Of a stretch of DNA of 64,000 nucleotides, positions 9,948 to 19,554 are shown one piece after another. Each line of letters opens with the position of its first letter. The stretch's first letter is position 1. Source of the DNA: Bacillota bacterium (GTDB lineage Bacteria; Bacillota; JAAYKD01). The position numbers were made by a program, and so were the translations under genes. A model generated the notes under the pieces. That model was not told the DNA's origin. It was given only the letters and a program-made list of their open reading frames with translations, and did no database searches. The DNA lies in NCBI GenBank assembly GCA_963666425.2, contig OY762825.2, positions 2,838,650-2,902,649 on the forward strand, in the 5' to 3' direction.

Positions 9948-10670
9948 GTGAAGCAAAACTATGAGTTACATGAAATAATTAAGCGGAATATTGATAATTC
10001 ATTTGGCATAAAGAATGAATTTGTCGAATTATATAACAGAGAAACTAAATCGGAATTAGAAGTAAGCAAATTAAGTAGTAACGACAAAGAGAAACTGTAT
10101 GATTTCTTCAATAGTATTTTTGCAGAAGATATAGAGGCTATGATGTTACAAACGTATAAAAAAGAGTTAAAGCAAACCTCAAATATATTTTTGGGCTTAG
10201 CTGAGAAATATAATTATTTATCACAATATCATTGCCCTTTATGTGGAAATTCTTTACCCGTTCATATATTGATACTTAGAATTAAAACTCAATCAAAGCA
10301 AGCATTAACGAAGGATAAACGCAAGAACTTTGAAGCAGCTATTAAAAAGTGGTGTGCTGGAAGATCTAATATCGAAAAGTTTAGAAGGCAAGAAGCGAAA
10401 ATTTGTATTTTTATATTGTTTGCTTTGAGTAAAACATCCCGCAACAAAGATTTGGATAATATGACAAAAGCATTGGTAGATGGACTAAAAGGTAATTTGT
10501 TCTATGATGATATAAATATCGACCATCTAAATATAATGAAAGTATTTCATTCTGATACAGAGGACTTTATATTTATAAATATACGAGAATCTAACCTGAA
10601 TTCACACGAAGATGTCGTTTTTGATATTTTGAAACATAAGTTTGCATGTGGAGAATTTATCGACATTTAG
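9948..10670 (+). CDS. RusA-like resolvase-domain protein with N-terminal extension and CPLCG motif
   Basis: KDLDNMTKALVDGLKG..FYDD matches the RusA DxDN..K...D catalytic pattern; RBS GGAGGT before GTG 9948. Confidence 0.65.
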   Translation: MKQNYELHEIIKRNIDNSFGIKNEFVELYNRETKSELEVSKLSSNDKEKLYDFFNSIFAEDIEAMMLQTYKKELKQTSNIFLGLAEKYNYLSQYHCPLCGNSLPVHILILRIKTQSKQALTKDKRKNFEAAIKKWCAGRSNIEKFRRQEAKICIFILFALSKTSRNKDLDNMTKALVDGLKGNLFYDDINIDHLNIMKVFHSDTEDFIFINIRESNLNSHEDVVFDILKHKFACGEFIDI

Positions 10671-10989
10671 CCCAAAAGTCTACTATCAAGAACAGATCAG
10701 TGGACAGCTTTTGAGAATTTTGCTCTAATCTACAAATACTATTCTTTCGCTATTGTCGGTGTGTAAATTCACTTCGCTCGGGCAAATTGATTAGACTGTC
10801 ACATATCTTAGCTGTCACCAGAAGACTAATGTTGAGAGTATAGACCTGATGACGAAATATAATCAGAAAATTAGAAAAAACAGACCGAAAAATAGGAGCG
10901 TAAAATAGTATGCACTTTTACTAATCCAAATCAATAGATGTATAATTGAATGGAGAAATAAAAGAAATTGCTCTTATAGGAAAATATAA

Positions 10990-11145
10990 CTACAAGAATT
11001 TATCAAAGAGAACAACTTGAGAACCACAGAAGATGTTCAGAATACTCTCAAAGGAATGTTCAAGAGCACACTGGAAGAAATGCTAGAAGCAGAACTCAGT
11101 GACAGCCTTGACTATGACAAAAATGACTGCAAAAAAGACCAACAA
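10990..11145 (+). pseudogene. IS256-family transposase N-terminal fragment
   Basis: LQEFIKENNLRTTEDVQNTLKGMFKSTLEEMLEAELSDSLDYDKND. Confidence 0.6.
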
Positions 11146-11785
11146 TCATCTAAATGCAAACTCTGGTTAAAATATGCAAGATCTTAGATTGTAATGTTGG
11201 AGATATTGTAGACTTTATCAAAGAAGAGGGGGGTATCCCATGAAAAAATCGATTGAAGAAGATATTAAACATCGATGTATCAAGTCAGCCATTGAGGAGG
11301 TTGTTTGGGTCAAGGTTCAAGACCTGAAGGAATATTTTTCACGGATGGGTAATTACTTGTTAGGGGCAATAGTGTTAGAAGAGGAAAACGCAAGAAAGCA
11401 GATTATCTTCTAACACATAAGAATGAACTGATACTAATACTCGCGCGGTTCAAGCCTATGCTGTTAAGCTGTTAGATTTCGCGGTAGTTGGTCATTTATT
11501 TGATCCCGGTTTATAGACTACACTGGGCTCCGATCTGACTGCACTAACTTTCCGATCCAGCTGCACAGTTTCAGCCGACGTAATCAACTACCAAGCTCCT
11601 GCAAAAGTTTATCAACCAGTTCTATTGAAAAAGAGCGCCTGATCCACCACCGACCTTGACGATGCTAGTATAAATGTTTCGGCTTTCTTGCGGGCGAGAC
11701 GGGGTTATGATTTACCAATATCTGGTCCATTAAGAAATATTTTTTGTGTATCTTGCAAACCGAGCTTTTATAGAAACTAGAGATA

Positions 11786-11950
11786 TTGAACTGGGTTCAG
11801 GGCAGCAAATTTACAAGTCATGATTACACCAGCTTTCTAAAAGCAAACCAGATTCAGATTAGCACAGATGGAAAAGGCCGCTGGGTGGACAATATTTTAA
11901 TAGAACGATGGTTTCGCACGCTGAAGTATGAAGAGGTTTATCTGAAGAAG
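11786..11950 (+). pseudogene. IS3-family transposase (integrase core) fragment
   Basis: QGSKFTS..QISTDGKGRWVDNILIERWFRTLKYEEVYLK. Confidence 0.8.
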
Positions 11951-12059
11951 AAAGAACGAAAAGAAGTAACGTCGTTACGGACAATGACGGTATTCATCGT
12001 AGCAGTAAGAAATATAGTTCGAAGACAGATAAGAAATCATTATTTGATGAGGTGAAGTC

Positions 12060-12614
12060 ATGATTGAAACAGAAAGATTGGTTCTGCGTCCTTTTCTTGA
12101 GAGCGATGCGGCAGATGTATTGGAATATTTGAGAGAACCAACGGTAAACTGCTTTGCCAGTATGAAACTGAACTCACTTGAGGAAGCCATAGCAAAAATG
12201 AAAAATCGAGTCAGTGAAACTGAATACTATTTCGCCATCGTTCTGAAAGAGACGAGAAAGGTCATCGGAGAGATAGATGCCTATCCCGAGCGTAGCGAAC
12301 CTCACGTTACAAGCTCGCGGTTGGATACCTTCAGCCCATGCTGGATGCTGAACGGAGATTATCAAGGCAAAGGCTATGCACATGAAGCAGCTCACGCTTT
12401 TTTTGATTATCTGTTCCGTGAGAAAGGTGCAAGGCGCATCTACGCCTTTACCGAGGATTATAATTTGTCGAGCCAGCACCTTTGTGAAAAACTCGGTATG
12501 CGCCGGGAAGGATTATTTATGGAATTCGTATCCTTCGTCAATAACCCAGACGGCTCACCTCACTATGAAAACACTATGCAGTATGCCATTCTGAAAAAAG
12601 AATGGTGTGGGTAA
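12060..12614 (+). CDS. GNAT acetyltransferase, RimJ/RimL type
   Basis: MIETERLVLRPF, YQGKGYA, N.SSQHLCEKLGMRREG. Confidence 0.9.
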   Translation: MIETERLVLRPFLESDAADVLEYLREPTVNCFASMKLNSLEEAIAKMKNRVSETEYYFAIVLKETRKVIGEIDAYPERSEPHVTSSRLDTFSPCWMLNGDYQGKGYAHEAAHAFFDYLFREKGARRIYAFTEDYNLSSQHLCEKLGMRREGLFMEFVSFVNNPDGSPHYENTMQYAILKKEWCG

Positions 12615-12699
12615 GTTTCCGTTTGCTAAGTATAAAAAGCAAATAACCTATTTACGTGAGACAATAGATTAGATGTCAAGAAATGGATTGTTCATTAAA

Positions 12700-12971
12700 A
12701 TACCTTTAAAATCAAGCTGGCGTTTAATCAGGATGAAATCAATCAACTATATATTCATAATGACTATCAAAGAAAAGGATTGGGCACAAAATTTCTTGAG
12801 ATTGCTAAAAGCAATTCTAATGGTAGGTCGTTCCTCTATACTTTCGAAATTAATCGTAAAGCACAACTGTTTTACGAAATGAATGAATTCAAAATCCTTA
12901 GCAGAGACAATGCTAAAGAAGAGAATCTGAATGATATCAAATACGAATGGGCTGAAAACGGTGAAAATTAG
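12700..12971 (+). pseudogene. GNAT fragment (5' end missing or frameshifted)
   Basis: INQLYIHNDYQRKGLGTKFLE..N.KAQLFYE in one frame without a good start. Confidence 0.55.
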
Positions 12972-12984
12972 GAAGTGGATATTT

Positions 12985-13293
12985 TCTCTATAGAATACAC
13001 ATGTTGAATCCATAAAGCAGCTTTCGGTGTCAGTTTCAACAATACATTGCACCTTACGGTGAAATGCATTATTATAATGGAAGAGGAGTTTGCGTTATCA
13101 CGAACTCATTTCAGAAAATTTAAACCAAAAAGGAAGTAATACAAAATGGCAAACAAGAATATTAGAAAAGAAACAAAAAAACCTAAGAAATCGGCAAAGG
13201 CACCGAGTGTATCATCAACACCACAACCAATTATGGTTCAACCTGAATTAATCAAAAAGGTAAAAAAGCCTCAATGATTTTCTCTGATTGCTA
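12985..13293 (+). repeat. ~310-bp diverged duplication, copy 1 (copy 2 at 16579-16884): promoter plus small ORF
   Basis: Shared TCTCTATAGAATACACATGTTGAA ... TTCTCTGATTGCTA. Confidence 0.88.
13146..13277 (+). CDS. 43-aa Lys/Pro-rich small protein, copy 1
   Basis: MANKNIRKETKKPKKSAKAPSVSSTPQPIMVQPELIKKVKKPQ; RBS AAGGAAG; differences to copy 2 mostly synonymous. Confidence 0.75.
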   Translation: MANKNIRKETKKPKKSAKAPSVSSTPQPIMVQPELIKKVKKPQ

Positions 13294-13360
13294 AAGAATT
13301 GGACATTTGGGAAAATGTCGCAATGGCAAATACTGCTTATTTTTTAAGGGAGATTTTATT

Positions 13361-14695
13361 ATGACAACAAAAATCGCAGAAAAAAAAGAAGCCTCCCTCG
13401 GCCTGAAAAAAAGCCTGGGTGTCTTCGAAGCTGTTGCTATGGTTATAGGAATGGTTATCGGTTCCGGTATATTCTTCAAACCCTCTATCGTTTATCAGAA
13501 TGCGGGTTCCTTTGGAATGGGAATACTCGCATGGATCGTCGGAGGCATTATCACCATGGCTGCTGGACTCACCGTGGCTGAAATTGCTTCCGCAATACCG
13601 AAAACTGGAGGTCTTTTTGCTTATCTTCGGGAGCTCTATGGGGAAAAGCTGGCTTTCCTTTTAGGATGGGTGCAGACGATTATTTATGTACCTGGGTCTA
13701 CTGCCGCTCTTGCTGTGGTTTTTGCTACCCAAGCAACTTATTTTATCCCTATGAGTCCCACTACACAAAAGGCATTAGCCATATTCATGATTTTCACGAT
13801 TGTGGTAATTAACTGCATCTCTGCAAAATTTGGTGGTATTGTTCAATCGGTTTCAACCATTGGGAAACTGATTCCTATTTCTATCATCATTGGGTTTGGA
13901 TTTATCTTTGGCAAAAACCCTGCTTTTGCGCCACCAACTGCCATTATTCATGGGGCCGGTTTTGGAGCCGCTATACTTGGAACTCTTTGGGCCTATGATG
14001 GATGGATTTCTGTGGGAAATATGGCCGGTGAACTTAAAAATCCTCAAAAAGATCTTCCACGATCAATAATCGTTGGACTTTCAGTGGTTATCGCCACCTA
14101 TGTATTAGTAAACATCGCAGTAATCAAGGTGCTTCCGATAGGGGCTATCATCTCCTCTCCTAAAGCGACTTCAGATGCAGCCGTCATCTTATTTGGTAAC
14201 TTTGGAGCTACATTGATTTCTGCTGGGATATTAATCTCTATTTACGGGGCATTAAATGGCTACCTCATGACTGGTGCCAGAATACCTTATGCTATGGGAA
14301 CGGATAAAATCTTACCCATGAGTGCTCAGTTTGCAAAGGTAAACAAAGCCCAAAGTCCATATTTCGCCTTGATTTTTGAATTTGCCCTTGCATGCATTTA
14401 TGCGCTGTCAGGTTCATTTAATACCCTTACCGATCTGGTGGTCTTTGTCCTTTGGATTTTCTTTGTATTAGCCGTGGCAGGAGTATTTATTCTGAGAAGA
14501 CGCAAAGATCTGGTTGCTACCTATAAAGTCCCACTGTACCCATTGGTGCCTATTATTGGTATCGTTGGTGGCTTATATATCATCATTAATACGATCATGA
14601 CCAGTACCATAAATTCTCTTGTGGGAATCGGAATTACGTTGGTGGGGCTTCCGGTTTATTACTTCATGGAAAAGAAAAAAACAAAAATCAACTAA
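13361..14695 (+). CDS. APC-family amino acid permease
   Basis: IGMVIGSGIF, PKTGG..Y, WAYDGW..GELKNP; multi-TM pattern. Confidence 0.92.
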   Translation: MTTKIAEKKEASLGLKKSLGVFEAVAMVIGMVIGSGIFFKPSIVYQNAGSFGMGILAWIVGGIITMAAGLTVAEIASAIPKTGGLFAYLRELYGEKLAFLLGWVQTIIYVPGSTAALAVVFATQATYFIPMSPTTQKALAIFMIFTIVVINCISAKFGGIVQSVSTIGKLIPISIIIGFGFIFGKNPAFAPPTAIIHGAGFGAAILGTLWAYDGWISVGNMAGELKNPQKDLPRSIIVGLSVVIATYVLVNIAVIKVLPIGAIISSPKATSDAAVILFGNFGATLISAGILISIYGALNGYLMTGARIPYAMGTDKILPMSAQFAKVNKAQSPYFALIFEFALACIYALSGSFNTLTDLVVFVLWIFFVLAVAGVFILRRRKDLVATYKVPLYPLVPIIGIVGGLYIIINTIMTSTINSLVGIGITLVGLPVYYFMEKKKTKIN

Positions 14696-14715
14696 GAACA
14701 AAGAGTGGGAATAGA

Positions 14716-15185
14716 GTAAAAGCAACCGTATACAAGTATAAGTGCATTGAAAACGAGCAGACATTCACAATTGAACCTGATGTCACGGTTTTGGTGGGTA
14801 TGAATGAGTCGGGGAAAACTAGCCTGCTTGAAGCATTAGCTACAGCTGAAAATCACAGGCGATAAGTATATCCCTGTATTCACAGGCGTAAATAATGCTG
14901 CAAGCTTTGATGCAGCAATTACTGACTTAAAAACTACTGGCGAGAGTGCGGAATGTCTCGAAACACTCAAGAAACTCAAACCATATTTCATAAATGAGAA
15001 TAACTGGGCTAGTCCAATTCAGGATTATGTCTGGCGGGTTCATATTAAACCTAATATTCCTAAATTCATGTATTATGATGATTATTATATGCTCCCATCC
15101 AGGATATCAATTGACAAGATTAACAAAAAGCAGCTTTTAGATAATTCAGAGAAAACTGCTCGAGCTTTATTGGAATTGGCAGACA
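14716..15185 (+). pseudogene. Fragmented ABC/AAA ATPase (OLD/AAA_15-like), cut at the 29-bp site
   Basis: VKATVYKYKCIENEQTFTIEPDVTVLVGMNESGKTSLLEALA (Walker A), stops, then PKFMYYDDYYMLPSRISI..ARALLELAD running into the site. Confidence 0.6.
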
Positions 15186-15214
15186 TGTTCCAGGGGGACG
15201 GGGGTGTTGGCACA
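15186..15214 (+). repeat. 29-bp site copy
   Basis: TGTTCCAGGGGGACGGGGGTGTTGGCACA. Confidence 0.95.
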
Positions 15215-15240
15215 GACTTGCTGTCACCCACTCAACTCAA

Positions 15241-16176
15241 TTATCTGTATAGAGCATCTCGTACAATTCCCATATTTCCCGTAATATCATCCTTCATGTG
15301 AATCGCTTCCACACGGGTAGCTTCAGCCAGACTCAAATCCGGAGCTTTTTGCCATGCGCACATCAATGAACGTGAGGCATTCACAATGGCTCCCATACCA
15401 TTTTTGTCGAATGCTCCGGCAATGCTCTTGCCACCTCCGCCTTGTGCGCCATAACCGGGAACCAGAAAGAACAATTTCGGGAATTTTTGACGTAATTCTA
15501 TCAACTGTTCGGGATAGGTAGCACCTACTACCACGCCAACACCATTATAACCATAATTGCCCGGCAAGGTTGCCCCCCATTGTTCACAAAGAGCAGCCAT
15601 AATATTATAGACAGTCTCCCCGTTAATTTTCAAATCCTGCAGTTCGCCTGAAGATGGATTTGATGTTTTTGCAAGTACAAAAATACCTTTGTCCTCTCTT
15701 TGACAGACCTTGATTAAAGGATTAATACCATCTGTGCCCAAATACCCGTTCACAGTCAGAGCATCAGCACCGAAAGGAGCAAAGGATGTGTCTTCTACCT
15801 CGGTAGACCCCAACCATCCTTCAGCATATGCTTCCATGGTAGATCCAATATCTCCACGTTTCGCATCAACGATTACAAACATTCCTTTGGATTGCGCATA
15901 AGTAATTGTCTCCGTCAACGCACGGACACCTGGCCAACCATACAATTCATAAAATGCGGCTTGCGGCTTTACGGCAGGTATTATGTCGTATACCGCATCA
16001 ATTAGTGCCTTATTAAAACGCAAAATCGCATCAGCAGCCCCCTCGAGTGTTTTACCATGCACACGATAGGCTTCCTCTTTTAAATTTGCAGGGATGTACT
16101 CAATTCTGGGGTCAAGACCGAGTACAGTGGGATTTTGAGTAGCCATTATTCTTGAAATTAAACGGTCAAACGACAT
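15241..16176 (-). CDS. pyrF: Orotidine-5'-phosphate decarboxylase (long subfamily)
   Basis: LGLDP, KPQAAFYE, DAKRGDIGST, KTSNPSS, VVGATYP, LVPGYGAQGG, NASRS. Confidence 0.95.
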   Translation of the reverse strand: MSFDRLISRIMATQNPTVLGLDPRIEYIPANLKEEAYRVHGKTLEGAADAILRFNKALIDAVYDIIPAVKPQAAFYELYGWPGVRALTETITYAQSKGMFVIVDAKRGDIGSTMEAYAEGWLGSTEVEDTSFAPFGADALTVNGYLGTDGINPLIKVCQREDKGIFVLAKTSNPSSGELQDLKINGETVYNIMAALCEQWGATLPGNYGYNGVGVVVGATYPEQLIELRQKFPKLFFLVPGYGAQGGGGKSIAGAFDKNGMGAIVNASRSLMCAWQKAPDLSLAEATRVEAIHMKDDITGNMGIVRDALYR

Positions 16177-16736
16177 ATAAATCTCTCCTTTTGGGTTCGT
16201 TTTGATTTTTATGAATGAATTCCAATCTGTGTGAATATGGGATCACTGATAAGTTGCACGCTGTTTTTAACAGATGTATAAGATATCAAGCGCCAATGTT
16301 TGTATTCTACTATCGATTCCCATAATATTCAATACTGATTTTCTGATTTTATAATAACCTAACACTTCAGACATCAGAATTAGCCTATCGTTTCATCGGG
16401 TGTTGATACAGAGTTGAAAAATCTAGTTATGCTGAAAACTAAAAACGCTCTCACAACCGTATGCACAACTCAATCCAATTAGCTTCTTTTCAGTTGCGAT
16501 CCAAATAGACAGTGCGTGTCATTGCGCTCCTGCGTGAATTGGACTATATAGTGGCCATTAGTTAGGTATTGGTCATGCTCTCTATAGAATACACATGTTG
16601 AACCCATAATGTCCTTAGGCGTCGGTTTCAACAATGCATTGCGCATTTCGGTAACATGCCTTATAATAGTAGAACACGCATTGTGTCATCACGAATCATT
16701 TCAAGAAATCTAAAATCGAAAAGGAAGTAATACAAA

Positions 16737-16868
16737 ATGGCAAACAAAAATATTAGAAAAGAAGCAAAAAAACCGAAGAAATCGGCAAAAGCGCCTAGTG
16801 TATCATCAGCACCGCAACCCATTATGGTTCAACCTGAGTTAATCAAAAAAGTAAAAAAACCTCAATAA
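16737..16868 (+). CDS. 43-aa Lys/Pro-rich small protein, copy 2
   Basis: MANKNIRKEAKKPKKSAKAPSVSSAPQPIMVQPELIKKVKKPQ; upstream TTGCGC-17-TATAAT at 16639-16667. Confidence 0.75.
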   Translation: MANKNIRKEAKKPKKSAKAPSVSSAPQPIMVQPELIKKVKKPQ

Positions 16869-16924
16869 TATTCTCTGATTGCTACAACGGCAGGGCAATT
16901 AGAATTTAAAGGGGAGTTAAGAAT

Positions 16925-17434
16925 ATGTCGATTAATCAACAGAGAACAGATTTAATCAAGTTAATTCTTGAAGATGAAACCATCGCAGCCGAAGAAGATG
17001 AAATTTTGCACATGCTGCTAATGGAGCAAGTTTCTAAAGATCCTGTAGCTGTTAATAAAGAGAATGTCACATTTGGTCAAAAAGCAGCAGACAATCTTGC
17101 TAAATTTGCAGGCAGCTGGGTTTTCATCATAATATTTTTTGCGATATTGGCTTCCTGGATTATATTGAACACAGTAATATTAACAAAAGCGTATGATATT
17201 TACCCGTTTATACTGCTTAATTTAATTTTATCATGTCTCGCTGCAATTCAGGCACCCATTATAATGATGAGCCAGAATCGTCAAGAAGAAAAAGACAGAT
17301 TAAGAGGCATAAATGATTATAAAGTAAACCTAAAAACGGAGATTATGATTGAGGATATTCACGAGAAATTAGATTCAATTATAGAAAACCAACAAGAACT
17401 TTTCGAAAGAATCAATTCTTTAGAGAATAAATAA
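16925..17434 (+). CDS. DUF1003-family membrane protein
   Basis: TFGQKAAD..FAGSW, YPFILLNLILSCLAAIQAPIIMMSQNRQ. Confidence 0.85.
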   Translation: MSINQQRTDLIKLILEDETIAAEEDEILHMLLMEQVSKDPVAVNKENVTFGQKAADNLAKFAGSWVFIIIFFAILASWIILNTVILTKAYDIYPFILLNLILSCLAAIQAPIIMMSQNRQEEKDRLRGINDYKVNLKTEIMIEDIHEKLDSIIENQQELFERINSLENK

Positions 17435-17490
17435 CATGCTTGATTTACACCACCTAGAGCATTATAATTGCTTTAGGTGGTGTAAATATA
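17428..17490 (+). promoter_or_regulatory. Second copy of the abiEi promoter/operator, with no gene, directly before a 29-bp site
   Basis: TTGATT-17-TATAAT; arms ATTTACACCACCTAGAGC / GCTTTAGGTGGTGTAAAT; homologous to 7228-7290. Confidence 0.8.
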
Positions 17491-17491
17491 A

Positions 17492-17520
17492 CGTTCCAGG
17501 GGGACGGGGGTGTTGGCACA
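17492..17520 (+). repeat. 29-bp site copy
   Basis: CGTTCCAGGGGGACGGGGGTGTTGGCACA. Confidence 0.95.
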
Positions 17521-17657
17521 GATTTGGGTAACCAAGTTATACTGTGATATAAAAACACCTTCAGAATCAGACCGGAAATTTGGCTTGAGTATGTCTAAGC
17601 AAGATAAAGATATGATTTGATAAATATTCTAGGGATGCTAAGAGTGGGAGTGACAAT

Positions 17658-18254
17658 ATGAAAATAGATGCAGGCAGAAAATTATATTCATTGAGAGAGA
17701 TATATATGATCGTATATAACGGGATACGTTCTGCCCCGTACATGTCAAAGGCAAAGCGAAATAACGAACTTAATTCTGAATTCATTGAAAGAATAATGCT
17801 TGCCGTTACCGAAGTAAACGGCTGTGAGTTATGTTCATACGCACATACAAAAATGGCTTTAGAGGCTGGAATGAGCAGCGAAGAGATTCAACATATGCTT
17901 TTAGGGGTTATGACAGAAGTTCCATCAAACGAGCTGCAGGCTATCATGTTTGCGCAGCATTATGCAGACAGCAGAGGAAAACCATCCAAGGAAACATGGG
18001 ATCGCATCATCGAAAGCTATGGCTTGACTAAATCGTATGGTATACTTGGCGCAATTCGGATCATTATGATTGGAAACGTTTATGGAATTCCATGGGGTTC
18101 ATTTTTTAATCGATTCAAAGGCAAACCGGATAAAAGAAGTTCAATGCTGTATGAAGCTTTAATAATAATTCCGGGAAGTATCCTCATCCCTTTCGCTATT
18201 TTGCACGCCATTATAGCTTCATTGCTGCGATTCAAGATAATTGATTTTTCATAA
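17658..18254 (+). CDS. Carboxymuconolactone decarboxylase/AhpD-like protein
   Basis: ERIMLAVTEVNGCELCSYAH. Confidence 0.8.
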   Translation: MKIDAGRKLYSLREIYMIVYNGIRSAPYMSKAKRNNELNSEFIERIMLAVTEVNGCELCSYAHTKMALEAGMSSEEIQHMLLGVMTEVPSNELQAIMFAQHYADSRGKPSKETWDRIIESYGLTKSYGILGAIRIIMIGNVYGIPWGSFFNRFKGKPDKRSSMLYEALIIIPGSILIPFAILHAIIASLLRFKIIDFS

Positions 18255-18341
18255 CGAGCATCTGAGAAGCTAATTTCTGAAGTAGGCCTATCACACGATT
18301 GTTTTTATATTTTAGTGGAAACAAAGGAAGGAGGAATTTAA

Positions 18342-19013
18342 ATGGCAAAATTAGTCTGTTCCGTTTGTGGCTACATTTATGATGAGTCAAAGGGTATTCC
18401 AGCAGCGGGCATAGCTCCCGGTACAACATGGGAAAATATCACTAACAACTGGGTTTGCCCACTTTGCGGTGCTCCTAAATCTGCATTTGAAAAACAGGAT
18501 GAATCTGCAGCATCTCCGGAAAAAATAACGATGTCTGTGACGGAGTCGCCTGCTGATCTGAAGGAGATGTCTGCATTGGAGATCAGTGCGCTATGCACGA
18601 ATCTGGCGCGCGGCTGTGAAAAACAATATCAGCTGGATGAAGCAGCTCTCTTTCGGGAATTAGCCGGATATTTCAGAACAGCATCAGCGCCTGCAAAGGA
18701 TCCAGATCATGGCAAGCTCATGGCTCTCATTGAAAAAGATCTTAAGGAAGGTTTCCCAAGCGCTCATACTGTGGCGTCGGAGGCAAATGATCGAGGTGCA
18801 CTCCGTGCTCTGGTCTGGAGCGAGAAGGTTACGCGCCTTTTGAAATCCCTTTTAACTCAATATCAGATAAAAGGCGAATCCATGTATGAAAATACGGACG
18901 TATATGTCTGTACGATCTGCGGATTTATCTTTGTAGGGAACAACCTGCCGGACATATGCCCTGTATGCAAAGTGCCTAATTGGAAGTTCGAAAAGATTGA
19001 AGGGAAGCAGTAA
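18342..19013 (+). CDS. Rubredoxin-domain protein (two rubredoxin domains around a ferritin-like core)
   Basis: [16 protein letters not shown]; YVCTICG..CPVCK. Confidence 0.85.
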   Translation: MAKLVCSVCGYIYDESKGIPAAGIAPGTTWENITNNWVCPLCGAPKSAFEKQDESAASPEKITMSVTESPADLKEMSALEISALCTNLARGCEKQYQLDEAALFRELAGYFRTASAPAKDPDHGKLMALIEKDLKEGFPSAHTVASEANDRGALRALVWSEKVTRLLKSLLTQYQIKGESMYENTDVYVCTICGFIFVGNNLPDICPVCKVPNWKFEKIEGKQ

Positions 19014-19014
19014 A

Positions 19015-19491
19015 ATGGCTGATAAATATGCGGTAAGAAATATACGTTTGTGTACAAAAGACTGCTTATGCCTATATGTCTGCCCCACCGGTGCGACAGA
19101 TACAGAGAATAGTATCATTGATATTGCGAAGTGTATCGGGTGCGGCGACTGTGCAGACGCCTGCCCGGCCGGTGCGATTTCTATGGTGCCAAAGGTATAT
19201 CCAAAGCAACAGGACAAAACTGAGCCGGTTATGAATGCACTCAAAACATTGATGCACAGCAAATCGGAACAAGAGAGTATAGCTGCTGGATTGCCTGGGA
19301 AATTGGCTCTCGCAATTGAAAAATCCAATCACATCATGGCGGAGGACATTATCCGTGAAGCGGGATATATGCTGCCGCAAAGCGAAAATACTCAGAAATT
19401 TTTAGAAGCACTGCTTGATCAAGATCATCCACAAGAATTTCCTAAAGAGGCTGTGAAGAAATTATTAGAAGCTTTCAATAAAATAGAGTAG
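19015..19491 (+). CDS. 4Fe-4S ferredoxin-domain protein
   Basis: CTKDCLCLYVCP and CIGCGDCADACP. Confidence 0.88.
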   Translation: MADKYAVRNIRLCTKDCLCLYVCPTGATDTENSIIDIAKCIGCGDCADACPAGAISMVPKVYPKQQDKTEPVMNALKTLMHSKSEQESIAAGLPGKLALAIEKSNHIMAEDIIREAGYMLPQSENTQKFLEALLDQDHPQEFPKEAVKKLLEAFNKIE

Positions 19492-19493
19492 CA

Positions 19494-19520
19494 TGTTCCA
19501 AGGGGACTGGGGAGCCGGGT
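19494..19520 (+). repeat. Degenerate 29-bp site
   Basis: TGTTCCAAGGGGACTGGGGAGCCGGGT, 2 nt after a stop codon and followed by AAGTTGAAT like other copies. Confidence 0.7.
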
Positions 19521-19554
19521 AAGTTGAATTAGAATTTGCAGAGGTGTTTTGTAA

